Shown piece by piece: positions 1-13,297 of a stretch of 64,000 nt of DNA. This DNA comes from Tubiluchus corallicola (lineage: Eukaryota > Animalia > Priapulida), in NCBI GenBank assembly GCA_030141605.1, contig JAQGDQ010000654.1, positions 54,327-118,326 on the forward strand, given 5' to 3'. Every line of letters starts with the position of its first letter. The stretch's first letter is position 1. Below the pieces are notes generated by a model. That model did not search any database, was not told the origin of the DNA, and was given only the letters and a program-made list of their open reading frames with translations. The position numbers were made by a program, and so were the translations under genes.

Positions 1-74
1 CTACATTTAGGATTAATCTATGCAATATTTGCTGGAAAAAGTGGGATCTCAGATAGAAAGCAGAGTAAATTTTC

Positions 75-536
75 TCAGAAATTTTTTTCTAAGGCGCACG
101 ATAAAATTTGAAATTGTACCTTTCTGGCGTAGATCTTGTTCCTGTCGGTTTGATTCGTGAGAACAAAAACTACAAGCAGAAGAACTGGCAGTGAAACAAT
201 GATCATCCTCTCTATCGACCCCTCTTCAACTTCTACGCCAATGAGGAAGAAGTAACCAACGGCAATCGCGAATCTGACCAGCTGCAACAGCGGCGACAGC
301 GACAGAAGTAAGTCCTTCCAATAGCTGGCACCATCCGCATTGTTAGCAGGTCTTTCATTGTTCTCTGTTTCTGCAGCCGGTTTGTCATTGTTAGTTTCTC
401 TTATGTCCCGGTTTACATTTACTTTTACATCATCAGTACCTTTGCCACTTATCAGGAAAATATCTTGATCACTCACGTCGTTTTCGTGGACACTGTTTGT
501 AGATTGTAATATCACGTTCGCCATATTAAATTCCAT
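75..536 (-). CDS. Putative membrane protein ORF or exon (long polar segment followed by two hydrophobic helices); may be a GPCR-like C-terminal remnant
   Basis: 153-aa non-repetitive ORF, more GC-rich than flanks; two TM-like segments (LLLSLSPLLQLVRFAIAVGYFFLIG; MIIVSLPVLLLVVFVL); possible donor AAG|GTACAA near 120; no recognisable family. Confidence 0.4.
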   Translation of the reverse strand: MEFNMANVILQSTNSVHENDVSDQDIFLISGKGTDDVKVNVNRDIRETNNDKPAAETENNERPANNADGASYWKDLLLSLSPLLQLVRFAIAVGYFFLIGVEVEEGSIERMIIVSLPVLLLVVFVLTNQTDRNKIYARKVQFQILSCALEKNF

Positions 537-1249
537 CGCTTTGTTTAGAATATTCCATGCTGTACCATCGCAACGAGTTTAAATAACTCACAGCAATATG
601 TAAAAACAGAGATGTAGGAATCCTCAAATGATAAATCAGTTTGGCTTCACTGCCTCATCCATTTGTGGTTAACTGTTTCCTAGACAGATATGCTAACTTT
701 ACAGTCTTCTGATAAGGTCATAGTTATATAATCTTTCACTGTCTGATCATTGGGCGTTTCAAACATTGGAGAGCAATTAACGGGTCCAGTTTTTGCCTAA
801 AATTGAAACTTTTCTATCATTTATTCTTGCAGTTTTTAACACACGCATAATGTAAAATAAAACACGTTTAAAATAAACAAAAATATCCCAGAATGCTTGT
901 GGGAAACGTCAGGTAAATGACGTCACATATTTACACTAACAACGGCCGGTATAACTAGCGTTGTACAGCAGTTTTTAGGTTTTCAAAGTACGCTCCGTGA
1001 ATTTAATTTTTTCAATTCAACTGCACAGGTTAAGAATTAACGCATTTTTTGAATTAGTTTTTGAATTACCATTTAATCACAGCTTAAAGAATTTACGATA
1101 AATTACAATTCATACACCGAACGGTTTAATACATTCTTATAATAATTATTACTAAAGCTACTGGTATGCGTCAGGAGGAAACTCTTGTGCTGATGCTGCC
1201 CAGATTAATGGTAAATTTGAGAAAAAACAAGAGTGTATAAAATGATCAC

Positions 1250-1865
1250 ACGCACGCACGCACGCACACACACACACTTTCTCTCTCTTTTGCACTCTGT
1301 CTCTCACTGTCTCTCTCTCACACTCTCTTTCTCTCTCACTGTCTCTACCCCCCTCTCTCTCTCTCTCGCTTATTCATCCACTCACACACACACTCACTAA
1401 CTAACTCTCTCATTCACTCACTCGCTCGCTCACTCATTTACTCACTCACTCTCTCACTCATGCACTAACTCACTCACTCATTCATTCACTCACTCACTCA
1501 CTCATACACTAATTCACGCAGTCACTCATTCACTAATTCACTCACTCATTCACTTATGACACCAGCTCACTCACTTACTCACACACTCTCTCACTTATGG
1601 CACCAGCTCACTCACTCACTTACTCACACACGCACTCACTCATGGCACCAACTCACTCACTCATTCACTCACTTAATCACACACTCACTCACTCATGGCA
1701 CCAGCTCACTCACTCATTCACTCACTTACTTACACACTCACTCACTCATGGCACCAGCTCACTCACCCACTCATTCACTCACACACTATTCACTCATGGC
1801 ACTCACTCACTCACTCGCACACTACTCACTCATGGCACCAACTCACTCACTCACTCACTTACTCT
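1250..1865. repeat. Compound microsatellite (CACG/CA/CT/CACT)n with embedded ATGGCACCAGCT units
   Basis: Direct reading; accounts for the THSL-repeat ORFs at 1556-1949. Confidence 0.95.
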
Positions 1866-2455
1866 CTAGGTGGGGATAAAGCGCCACGCAGGTGGAAATT
1901 CAGCATGACAATGAGGGAAAACACGAATGAGACGATGTTAGTACGATGACAATACGGCGATTACTCAGTTTCTCAATCTTGATTGAATATAATCTCGTTA
2001 TTTTTTTTATTTTATAAACCTGCATTCACTTCTTCCTATTATTGAATCAATCAACAGAGAGCGACGTAAGTGTTTAGAAGAAAAATATTTTTCGGGTTCA
2101 GCCAGGTTAATTAAACAAACTCGCTATCATGTATTATACAGGCTGTATAATGGATCTCACTGGGTTATTTCAATCAACTGTGAATTCAAGCGAACTAACC
2201 ACAGGTACTTATAGCACCTGAATGGATGAACTTGATTTCAAAAAATGTCAAAGGGTTAAACAAACAGTCTCAGTTAAAGAAAATTGTAAGCTTAAAATAC
2301 TGAACAAATAAAAATCTTAGTACGGCGGCGCATTTGAGTGAATGTTGGACTGTCTGGTTTAGACGCTTGATTAAACCTGATTCGATTCAGATGCTATTTC
2401 TTTCCGCAAAGAATCACCGATGCCTCGTACTGCAAGTATAGTCAACCTTACTTAA

Positions 2456-2753
2456 AGCACAACAAAACCCTCCACTTACATAAAGCTTAAAAAATTGGTC
2501 TTGAAATTTTATACCACTTACACACTGCCCTTTTGAATATTAAACTTGCATCGGCAGTAATGCTGTATAAAACATGTAAATTTAAACTCCAACTAGACGC
2601 AGCCATTTTGACGATAAGTATTTGAAACAAGTTTAGACAACATTGTGCAAACTTTGAAAAATAATCAGAGCATTCGTAGCGCACACGTCACTAACTGAGT
2701 AAAATCTTAAATTACTGTATCTTGTCAATAAGATTAAAAATGCGTTTTTGGTT

Positions 2754-2785
<32 letters not shown>

Positions 2786-3022
2786 ATAATCTTTATTTGC
2801 CATTAAAAACATTGATAATCACTGATAAAAACTTTACAGAGATAATAGTGAGTGGTGCACCCTGGAGGGGGAACCAGTGACATTTTACCAAATGGTGAAA
2901 ACATATTAAATTACTATTTCTAATTACATAAGTCTTTCCAGCAGGTAAGCGAAATGGTAAGTAACATAACTTTGCACAGAAAGTTTTTTGCGACATAATT
3001 TAACATTTCCTTTTCTTCTCCT
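2456..3022 (+). mobile_element. Non-autonomous DNA transposon family B (TTAA-flanked, AG...CT ends, Kolobok/T2-MITE-like)
   Basis: Starts TTAA|AGCACAACAAAACCC, ends TTTTCTTCTCCT; internal blocks CGCAGCCATTTT, GTGGTGCACCCTGG, GTCTTTCCAGCAGGTAAGC shared with copies at 3202, 8432, 40880, 44040. Confidence 0.7.
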
Positions 3023-3201
3023 AATTTACGTTGTGCGTATATGACGTCATATAATGGCGCTGTCGGAACAGTAGTGCGGGATATTTAAAATGAAAACAAA
3101 CAAAAAATCCTTTCAATGCATAAAATTGCTATAAAGTAATATAATTTTTTAAGGCGATTTTTCTGAAACACCCTTCAGGTACCTCTTTTCTTGTCCTTTA
3201 A

Positions 3202-3670
3202 AGAGCAAGACAACCCTTTTCTACGTAAAGCTAGAAAAATTCGTCCTGAAATTTTGTATGACTTACATGCTTTTTTGTTGCATACAGAGTAAGTATTAGC
3301 AGTAAGTCTATAAAAAACTTCATTAAGCTCCCGTGATGACAGTTAGGCGCAGCCATTTTCACGACAGCTCATTTGGAACAAGTTTAGATAACATTGAGTG
3401 AAGTTTGAAAAAATAATCAGAGCATTCGTAGCGCAACGTCACCAACTAAGTAAAAATTTTAAATTACTGTATCTTGTCAAAAAGATTAAAAATACGTTTT
3501 TGGCTAGTGAGTGGTGCACCCTGGAGGGTGAGTCAGCGACATTTTACCAATTGGTGAAAACATTTTAAATAATTAAAAATTTTCTTTTCTAGTTACATAA
3601 GTCTTTCCAGCAGGTAAGCGAAATGCTAAGTAATACAATTTTGCATGGAAAGTTGTTTGGGACATAATTT
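3202..3670 (+). mobile_element. Family B MITE copy
   Basis: TTAA|AGAGCAAGACAACCC start; colinear with 2456-3022; right end truncated. Confidence 0.7.
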
Positions 3671-3827
3671 GACCTAAGATGACCTGTGGTCTTTCCTCAC
3701 CCCGTCTCCATGGATAAAGTAAAGTTTTTTTTGTAAAATAGAATTTATGACGTATAAATGGAGAAAATAAATGTTTATGTCTTTAAGCAAAAGTATAAAT
3801 GAATGTACCTTTTGAATAATGCGTTCA

Positions 3828-4985
3828 TTGGTGAACCAATGGTGCACACTGGGGCGATGATGCAGTGCTATTGGTGGACCAATGGTGCACACTGGGGCGA
3901 TGATGCAGTGCTATTGGTGGATCAATGGTGCACACTGGGACGATGATGCAGTGCTATTGGTGGACCAATGGTGCACACTGGGACGATGATGCAGTGCTAT
4001 TGGTGGATCAATGGTGCACACTGAGACGATGATGCAGTGCTATTGGTGGATCAATGGTGCACACTGGGATGGCGATGCAGTGCTATTGGTGAATCAATGG
4101 TGCACACTGGGACGATGATGCAGTGCTATTGGTGTATCAATGGTGCACACTGAGACGATGATGCAGAGCTATTGGTGAATCAGTGGTGCACACTGGGATG
4201 GCGATGCAGTGCTATTGGTGAATCAATGGTGCACACTGGGACGATGATGCAGTGCTATTGGTGGATCAATGGTGCACACTGAGACGAAGATGCAGTGCTA
4301 TTGGTGAATCAATGGTGCACACTGGGACGATGATGCAGTGTTATTGGTGAATCAGTGGTGCACACTGGGATGGCGATGCAGTGCTATTGGTGAATCAATG
4401 GTGCACACTGGAATGATGATGCAGTGCTATTGATGAATCAGTGGTGCACACTGGGATGGCGATGCAGTGCTATTGGTGAATCAATGGTGCACACTGGGAC
4501 GATGATGCAGTGCTATTGGTGAACCAATGGTGCACACTGGGACGATGATGCAGTGCTATTGGTGAATCAATGGTGCACACCGGGACGATGATGCAGTGCT
4601 ATTGGTGAATCAATGGTGCACACTGGGACGATGATGCAGTGCTATTGGTGAACCAATGGTGCACACTGAGACGATGATGCAGTGCTATTAGTGGATCAAT
4701 GGTGCACACTGAGACGATGATGCAGTGCTATTGGTGAACCAATGGTGCACACTGGGATGGCGATGCAGTGCTATTGGTGGACCAATGGTGCACACCGGGA
4801 CGATGATGCAGTGCTATTGGTGGATCAATGGTGCACACTGGGACGATGATGCAGTGCTATTGGTGAACCAATGGTGCACACTGGGACGATGATGCAGTGC
4901 TATTGGTGGATCAATGGTGCACACTGGGACGATGATGCAGTGGTATTGGTGAACCAATGGTGCACACTGGGACGGTGATGCAGCA
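3828..4985. repeat. 43-bp minisatellite (~27 copies) inside a family B remnant that continues to ~5108
   Basis: Unit TTGGTGAACCAATGGTGCACACTGGGACGATGATGCAGTGCTA; period 43 (3841 to 3884); right flank resumes the family B sequence. Confidence 0.95.
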
Positions 4986-5468
4986 CCGTTTCACCAGGTG
5001 CTAAAGTGCGAATATTTTAAAATATTAAGAATTTTCCATTCCAATTACACACATCTTTCAAACAAGTAAACACAGTAATATAACTTTGTATGGAAGATAT
5101 TTCGGGACCTTTGACAACAACCTTATCACTTGATGGTGGTCCTGAAAAACAGTATTGTTCAGTTAATTTCTGCGAAACTACAATGACAAATGTTAATCAG
5201 GGATCCAACAATTCACGGCTGCACTGCATCACTTACAATTTTACCCTGTAAGCCTATTTCCTATAATGACTTTGACTTCCATTTTGATTCCACCATATTC
5301 TATTAGTGTTCATTTGTGATGTTTTAATCATATCTCTCACACAGAAGAATTATTGTTCTTGAATTTTCATTGCTGACAGCCATAGTACTTGTAATGTCAT
5401 AATGATGACACGTTTTCTTATAGGTCTATAACTTCTCGAATTGATTAAAATGAATTGAAAACTGTTAA

Positions 5469-5925
5469 CCCTTTCAGTGCCAAATTATTTTTTAATAAGA
5501 AATTTTTTTTGGCTTGGTACTTTTGTTCAGTATGTCCATCTTGTTTACACATAATAATTATTTTTTTCTACCTGTGCCCGCGAGCTAAATATAGCCTGTA
5601 CCCCACGGGATACATTGGGTTTCAATGGAAGCATAAAATGTGCTTCATTTTGCAACTGCTGATAATTTTTTAAAGTATTTAAGACATTTAGTATGCACGC
5701 TATACTGATCTGTACAAAGTCGTCTCTAAAGTTCTGTATCTAGCACAGTTTTTATGCTATGTAGATTTTCTAGTTTGCCATTTTATCACCATTTTTAGTC
5801 TATTGTTATTGGCTTAAATCAAAATAACTATTAACAGATCAAATAACTGTCAGCTTTAAATTTTTATTAATTTTAAAGGCAGAAAAAATTCTCCTATCCC
5901 ACGTGATACAACGGGTATGAAAGGG
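5469..5925. mobile_element. piggyBac-type MITE
   Basis: TTAA|CCCTTTCA ... TGAAAGGG|TTAA. Confidence 0.75.
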
Positions 5926-6878
5926 TTAAAGTTACAACACACGTGACTCGTGCTTCACTCAAGTGCATGGTTCAGATTGTATTCAACAGCCAGGTATGTA
6001 CTAAGGTGGCTTTAGACAACCCTAATACTTTACTTCTTTTACCGCTTGTCATGCTCATGTTGAATTTAATTAATTTCACTATAAAGCAGCAGGTAAAGGT
6101 ATTGTGTTGCTGGATAATGAATAATGCTTTTTACCTGTCTCACACCTGTTTACCGGTTTGTTCCATTCGTTTTTGTGTCTTTCACACGTATACGATTAGA
6201 AATTTAATTTTGACGTATAGCTAGCAGCAACGACATACCAAACGTGTATATATTGTAGTCGTAAAATCATGTATTTTAGGTCTGAAGATATTTGCAGATA
6301 CTTTAAACCTGCCTTTCCATCCACTTTAACAATGCAATACTTACAGCGCATTGTTTCGCGTCGTTTGCATAGTATGCACGATTAGCATTTATCATTGTAA
6401 ACCACGTACAAATGATTTTCAAGCATTTTCTGTCAGTTACCTATCACAGGGCCCTACCGAGTTTACGAAAACCACACAGTATGAATTAGATTAACAAGAT
6501 CAGTAGTAATTAGCAATTAGCAAATCTGTGTTTAGTCACTTACGTTTGTAAATGTAAAATAATAGTGTAAACACATCTTATACAAAGTACAACAAAACCA
6601 TCCACAGTAAAATAGGTTTATGTATTAAAGGTCTATGAAATCAGAATTTGTACGTTTAAGTGCAGGTCGAAGTTCTGCATTATCAGATACGGCAACGGCA
6701 CATATATTTCGTATCAATTCGCAGGGCGTTCCGCCGTAGTTTTAATATCATTGATTTTTGATATTAGCTTGCCGGAGGTTATGCCGAAGCAAGCTAGCAA
6801 ACTGGTATCGTAGTGGATCGAATCAGTAATAGAACTAAACTGAATTAAAGCACAAGAACACCCTCCACTTACTAAAAA

Positions 6879-7930
6879 CTTTATACCACTTACATACTGC
6901 CTTTTTGCATACAGGGGTGAATTTTATACCACTTATGTACAGCCTTTTTGTATACAGGGGTGAATTTTATACCACTTATATACTGCATTTTTGTATACAG
7001 GGGTGAATTTTATACCACTTACATACTGCCTTTTTGTACACAGGGGTGAATTTTATACCACTTACATACTGCCTTTTTGTACACAGGGGTGAATTTTATA
7101 CCACACATACTGCATTTTTGTATACAGGGGTGAATTTTATACCACTTACATACTGCATTTTTGTACACAGGGGTGAATTTTATACCACTTACATACTGCC
7201 TTTTTGTATACAGGGGTGAATTTTATGCCACTTATATACTGCCTTTTTGTATACAGGGGTGAATTTTACACCACTTACATACTGCCTTTTTGTATACAGG
7301 GGTGAATTTTATACCACTTACATACTGCCTTTTTGTATACAGGGTGAATTTTATACCACTTATGTACTGCCTTTTTGTATACAGGGGTGAATTTTACACC
7401 ACTTACATACTGCCTTTTTGTATACAGGGGTGAATTTTATACCACTTATGTACTGCCTTTTCGTATACAGGGGTGAATTTTATACCACTTACATACTGCC
7501 TTTTTGTATACAGGGGTGAATTTTATACCACTTATGTACTGCCTTTTTGTATACAGGGTGAATTTTACACCACTTATATACTGCCTTTTTGCACAGAGGG
7601 GTGAATTTTATACCACTTATGTACTGCCTTTTTGTATACAGGGGTGAATTTTATACCACTTATATACTGCCTTTTTGTATACACGGGTGAATTTTACACC
7701 ACTTACATACTGCCTTTTTGCACACAGGGATGAATTTTATACCACTTATGTACTGCCTTTTTGTATACAGGGGTGAATTTTATACCACTTATATACTGCC
7801 TTTTTGTATACACGGGTGAATTTTATACCACTTGCATACTGCCTTTTTGTACAGAAGGGTGAATTTTATACCACTTACATACTGCCTTTTTGTATACAGG
7901 GGTGAATTTTATACCACTTACATACTGCAT
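6879..7930. repeat. 43-bp minisatellite (~24 copies) grown from the left part of a family B MITE that starts at 6849
   Basis: Unit TTTTATACCACTTACATACTGCCTTTTTGTATACAGGGGTGAA; period 43 (6912 to 6955); preceded by TTAA|AGCACAAGAACACCCTCCACTTAC. Confidence 0.95.
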
Positions 7931-8457
7931 TCTGCCTATAACTTTACTTCGGTAAAAGTTGCTGCTGGTGCTGCGTTAGGTAATTAATGAACGAACACTA
8001 TGTAGGATGTTCGCGCATTTTCGATTATCGCTGCACACTATTCGCAACAGTATTACAGCGTAAAAAAGAGACCGAACAACTAAGTTTAACGGTTGTAACG
8101 AAAAACTCTAGTTGTCTAGATTAGTATGACTGACACCGTCTGGTACTTTTACATTTGCATTTGACCTGTCAGTGATATTTCAGATTAAATATTCAAAGGA
8201 TAGTTTAAAATGTAGCCTGCGTATAAGGAAGTATGTATAAAACTATGTTTGACTGATACGGAACGCGTCATTTCACAAAAGCTCTGTCATAACAAGTCAA
8301 GCATTATCCAAAGTTAAAGACATTATTTAGTTTTTCATTTTACGAAAGCTGAAAAACTATTTAGTTCCCGAGAAAACAAAGATGAAGTATTACCTCCTGT
8401 TGGTGAGTTGTACTTTTCTTTACTTTGTTAAAGTGCAAGAAACCCCTTACTTATACA

Positions 8458-8875
8458 AAGCTTAGAATTTTTATTTGAAAATTTTATATCACTTACCCGC
8501 TGTGTTATTGCATACAGAGCTTGCATTAGCAGTAACATCGCATGAAATTTGAACATTTAAACTCCTGCGATGACCGTTAGTCGCAGCCATTTTCACGGTA
8601 AGCTTAAAATTTTTATTTGAAAATTTTATATCACTTACCTGCTGTGTTATTGCATACAGCGCTTGCATTAGCAGTAACGCTGTATAAAATTTGCACATTT
8701 AAACTTCTGCGATGACCGTTAGTCGCAGCCATTTTCACGTTAAGCTTAGAATTTTTATTTGAAAATTTTATATCACTTACCTGCTGTGCTATTGCATACA
8801 GCGCTTGCATTAGCAGTAACGTCGTATGAAATTTGAACATTTAAACTCCCGCGGTGACTGTTAGTCGCAGCCATT
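8458..8875. repeat. 142-bp tandem repeat (~3 copies)
   Basis: Near-identical ORFs 8489..8698 and 8631..8840 are offset by 142. Confidence 0.9.
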
Positions 8876-9114
8876 TTTAAGATAAAGTCGTTTGAAACAA
8901 GTTCAGAAAAACGTTACGTATAATTTGAAAAAATAATGAATGCATTCGCGTAGCATACAGTTCGCTAATAAGCTAAAGTTTTAATTACTTTATACTGTCA
9001 ATAAGATTTAAAATACATTTTTTGCTGAACAGTGGTGCACCCTGGTGAGGTGATACAGTAACATTTTATCACTTGGCCTGAGCATTTAAATTACTAAGAA
9101 TTTTCTTTTCTAGT

Positions 9115-9630
9115 TACATAAATCTTACAGGCAAGTAATCATAATGCTAAGTAATGCTACATAAATCTTACAGGCAAGTAAGCATAATGCTAAGTAATAC
9201 AACATAAATCTTACAGGCAAGTAAGCATAATGCTAAGTAATACTACATAAATCTTACAAGCAAGTAAGCATAATGCTAAGTAATACTACATAAATCTTAC
9301 AAGCAAGTAAGCATAATGCTAAGTAATACTACATAAATCTTACAGGCAAGTAAGCATAATGCTAAGTAATACTACATAAATCTTACAGGCAAGTAAGCAT
9401 AATGCTAAGTAATACTACATAAATCTTACAGGCAAGTAAGCATAATGCTAAGTAATACTACATAAATCTTACAAGCAAGTAAGCATCATGCTAAGTAATA
9501 CTACATAAATCTTACAAGCAAGTAAGCATAATGCTAAGTAATACTACATAAATCTTACAGGCAAGTAAGCATAATGCTAAGTAATACTACATAAATCTTA
9601 CAGGCAAGTAAGCATAATGCTAAGTAATAC
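9115..9630. repeat. 43-bp minisatellite (12 copies)
   Basis: Unit TACATAAATCTTACAGGCAAGTAAGCATAATGCTAAGTAATAC; period 43 (9121 to 9164). Confidence 0.95.
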
Positions 9631-9834
9631 GATTTTGTGTGGAAAATCTTTTGGGACACGTATTTTAAAATTGCCTTTTCCTCCCTTGAACAAAAATGTT
9701 ATACCATGTGACCCTAAAGGAAGCGCCATTTAAATAGAACATTTTTATTGGGGGGGGGCATTTATATCAATATTACTATTAACATTTATTATTTATTATA
9801 TGCGTATTATTTATTATGCAGCCAAGGGGGTTAA

Positions 9835-10455
9835 CCCTTACAGGATCACCGGGGGGTAAAAAATTCCCCTCAGACCGGTTTTTTGCATTTTACGCTTTTA
9901 CCATACGCATCCCATTAAACCTTTTCTATGACTTTTTCTGAATATGTTTTGTGCACAAAATACTTTCAGTTATTTATTTTAGGCGCATTGTCTCATCACG
10001 AAATAAAAGTGAAAATGCAATATGTCGATTTTTTAAAATTGTCGAAACTTTACTTCGCTTGCCTATACATTATACGGGCGATGTATCTGATAAAACAAAA
10101 TGTTAGTTACTCAAATTACTCCAGCTAAAAGAAGAAAGTAGTAGACAATAAATTCAAAATAACAATGATTTTTGCACACGCGCTAGCAATGTCGGTTGTC
10201 TACAGTTATTCCAGCATAGATAAGGGAACGTAACTAAGTGAATTTAAATTTCGTATTACTAGTAAGTCACATGTCTTTAAGCAGAGGTATAATGTATCCT
10301 ATGTTGGTCAGCATAATCACAAATTATGCTGTTCCTGTTTACTAATGAAACACGGCGGTTTATCAAAAGTAATTTACGAATTATGGTGGGGGTAATTTTT
10401 TACCCCCCCCCCCGTTACCAAAATCGGTTGTAAAAAAATCGCGACCCTATAAGGG
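9835..10455. mobile_element. piggyBac-type MITE
   Basis: TTAA|CCCTTACAGGATCAC ... GCGACCCTATAAGGG|TTAA, plus subterminal G/C-run inverted repeats. Confidence 0.8.
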
Positions 10456-10459
10456 TTAA

Positions 10460-10890
10460 AGAAAAACTTTGAAATACACCCTTCCCGTTTCGTCTGATTA
10501 ACCTCTCTCCCACTGATACCTTCGCATCCAGTACACCGTTTTGTTCCTCTTTCTGGCAGTGCGCTTATTATGCCCAAGGAATTGCACAAATCGAGTTTTG
10601 CAGTTGCCCTCCGGCGAAATCTAAATACACCTATAACATCTACCGTTGAACCGGCTATCTAACCATTATTGGCACCAAGCCAGGCACATTTTCCAGAAAG
10701 AAGAGGTATAAGCTTTGCAAAAAACAGGCAAACGGGCAAAAAAGGCCACCTTTGGAGGTTTATTGCCCCCCGTTCCTCCCGGTGGGCCGATTCGAAAAAT
10801 AAAGTATCAATGAGACGACACTAGAGACCTTTCGTTTGATATATAGATCGCCGAAAATGGTGCCGTTGCCGGGGCTGCAGCAGCAAATCT
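10460..10890 (+). mobile_element. Dispersed element (possibly Helentron/HINE-like) followed by (TA)n
   Basis: Homologous to 63660-64000 (+) and ~60660-61080 (-): GAAATACACCCTTCCCGTTTCGTC, AAGAGGTATAAGCTTTGCAA, GAGACCTTTCGTTTGATATATAGATCGCC. Confidence 0.6.
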
Positions 10891-10921
<31 letters not shown>

Positions 10922-11379
10922 TATATTACATTATATTATATTATACATATATTATATGTATATAAATGTGTATATCACCATTATGTATATACATAATATA
11001 CAAATGGTGATATACACACATATATATATATATATATATAATGCCCTATACCACCGAAATTGTATTTATCATTTACACTACACCTTTTTTGGAGGTAAGC
11101 ACGATGGTCACATTCTTTTTAGTTTAGGTTTTTTACTTCCGTCTTAAAACCCGGCAAATATTAAATGCAGTAAGTCCTCGCTTAACGACGCTAATGCGTT
11201 CCAGCAAAGCACGACGTTAAACGAAGCGTTGTTAAGCGAAATGTCATTAAATTATGAATTTATTCCACAGGAACTCAAACATACATACAAGTTGATATTA
11301 CATTGAAAAAAATAAAATAAACGAGTTACTGTGAGGAGGAGGAAGGAGCATTGAGCTTTCGAGGCTTCCTCCAGATAAG

Positions 11380-11910
11380 TGAAACAATTGACAATTAACA
11401 TTACATTTTCATCAGTTATAACGTACATTAGAACGAAATAAGTTTTGTTAGTAACTTAAGATCAGGATGAGTAAAATTGTGAGTTAATTATACCGTTGTA
11501 GTAGGTAATTCGTTGATGCTTTTTAAATTGATAAAGATTAAGAGTTTTCATTTCACGCGGAATTGATTACGATATTTTAATAACATTATGTTTTTATGAC
11601 TGTTTCGTTATGTTTGTCTTTAGAAGAGGGAGTACATTGTTTTCAACTGAATATCTTGTGTAATGATCATGTTGATTTGAAACTGGACTAAAGTATGACT
11701 GAAAAGCTGGTGGAAGTAGTGAATTATGATACTGATACATGAAATGAAGACAATACATGTCATATATTTCTTTCACTTTGACAGTTTTAACAGACAAGTA
11801 AATTATATTTGTGGGATGGTCATACCTTACATGATATATTAGTTTGAGAAATTTGTTCTGGGTAATTTGTAAAGCTTCTAAAATAAAGCCAAGACTTCCA
11901 TAGAACGTAA
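11380..11910 (-). mobile_element. LINE 3' fragment (L2/Crack/CR1-group RT C-terminal region)
   Basis: Translation LQITQNKFLKLI...LHFMYQYHNSLLPPAFQSYF...HDHYTR, typical of the post-RT region in this LINE group. Confidence 0.7.
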
Positions 11911-12638
11911 TGTTGATGTTACTGTACCCCATCGTTATAATTAGCTCAACAGACTGTAGTCGCTCTATTGCCTAATTCAAGATTGAACAGTGGCGGCTCA
12001 TAGCTAAGAATAGTGGGAGTGTGGCAAAATTAAAAATTTTTTAGCCATTTTTAAATAATGTGTAAAACGAAACAAACTTATGTAATTTTAATTGTAATTT
12101 TAAACAAACAAACCTATGAAAGTTTATACATAAACTTGATAAACTCGTAAACAAAAAATCTTGTTTTCTTACGAATTGCCTGAATTGTCGCAGTTCAAGA
12201 ATATGCCGATACACGGCTTTTAAACACGTGACAACTGACAACACGTACTGCAGTGAGCGGCAGTACTCTTTCTACCTAAAGTACAGCGCCTTATCTCAGA
12301 CATGTGTACATAGACGCATGCGCACAACAGCCATATACCGCGTTCCTAGGGCTGTGACGCAAATTGTACTTCCCTCACGTGCTCCGGCTCCGTACAAGTA
12401 TAAAGAAAGAACTAAAGAAAAAGATTTATTATATGCATTTTATCGATAATAATGAGTGAAAACAGGGGGTGCTGCAGTACCACAGTACCTATACAAGAGT
12501 CGTCACTTTATGATTGCTTTATCAGTGGCAGATAAGTTATAACCGATAGACTTTAGATATGTTAATAGATAGTAAGCTATCAAATCGCGCGACATCAACA
12601 GTGGCAAAGAACATCAATTAATATACTAACTGTCTTAT

Positions 12639-13142
12639 AGCACATTCACACTTGTGAGTTTTCTCAAGAAGGTTAACTCGCCACAGAACCTGCAAGTGTG
12701 TTCAGACTACAGAGTAAAACTTGTTGTGAGTTACTCTCTGACAGTAAATGCGAGCTGACACTCGCTTCTCTATTCACAGCAAAAAGTGTTGAGAGTAACT
12801 CGCCAAGGCATTCACACTAGACAGTAACTAACAGGAAATCCACTCGCATCAACTGTCGAAGAGTTTGCAAAAACTCACTAAGTAACTCACAAGTGTGTTC
12901 AGACTAGATAGCAAAACTTGCTGCAAGTTACTCTCTGACAGTAAGCGCGATGTGACACTTCCTTCTCTATTCACTGCAGAGAAGTGTCGAGAGTAACTCG
13001 TCAAGGTGTTCACACTGGACAGTAACTCAGCTCACAGAGTCTGCAATAACTTATCAACAGTAACTCCCAAAACAGTTCACACTTGTGAGTCACATGTCAG
13101 AGAGAAAACTCGCGACAGAAATCTTCCTCGTATGAATGCACC
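12639..13142. mobile_element. PIF/Harbinger-like MITE with ~200-bp internal duplication
   Basis: Ends AGCACATTCACAC ... GTATGAATGCACC; internal repeat AAGTGTGTTCAGACTA...TTCACACTRGACAGTAAC. Confidence 0.55.
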
Positions 13143-13297
13143 ATTAGCAATTTCTAGCAAAACGAGGCAATGAATTCTAACACCAAAAAGTTACAATAAC
13201 TTGCATAGAAAATCTACAGTGATGTAAATACGTTTAAACTAATCAACTGCTTTGCCATTGTCACAGTTCTAAAATTTCAAGAACAAATCACTCATAC

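Larger units (their letters stand above)
8432..9686 (+). mobile_element. Family B MITE copy expanded by two internal tandem arrays
   Basis: TTAA|AGTGCAAGAAACCCC start, TGCCTTTTCCTCCCT end; colinear with the other copies outside the arrays. Confidence 0.75.
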
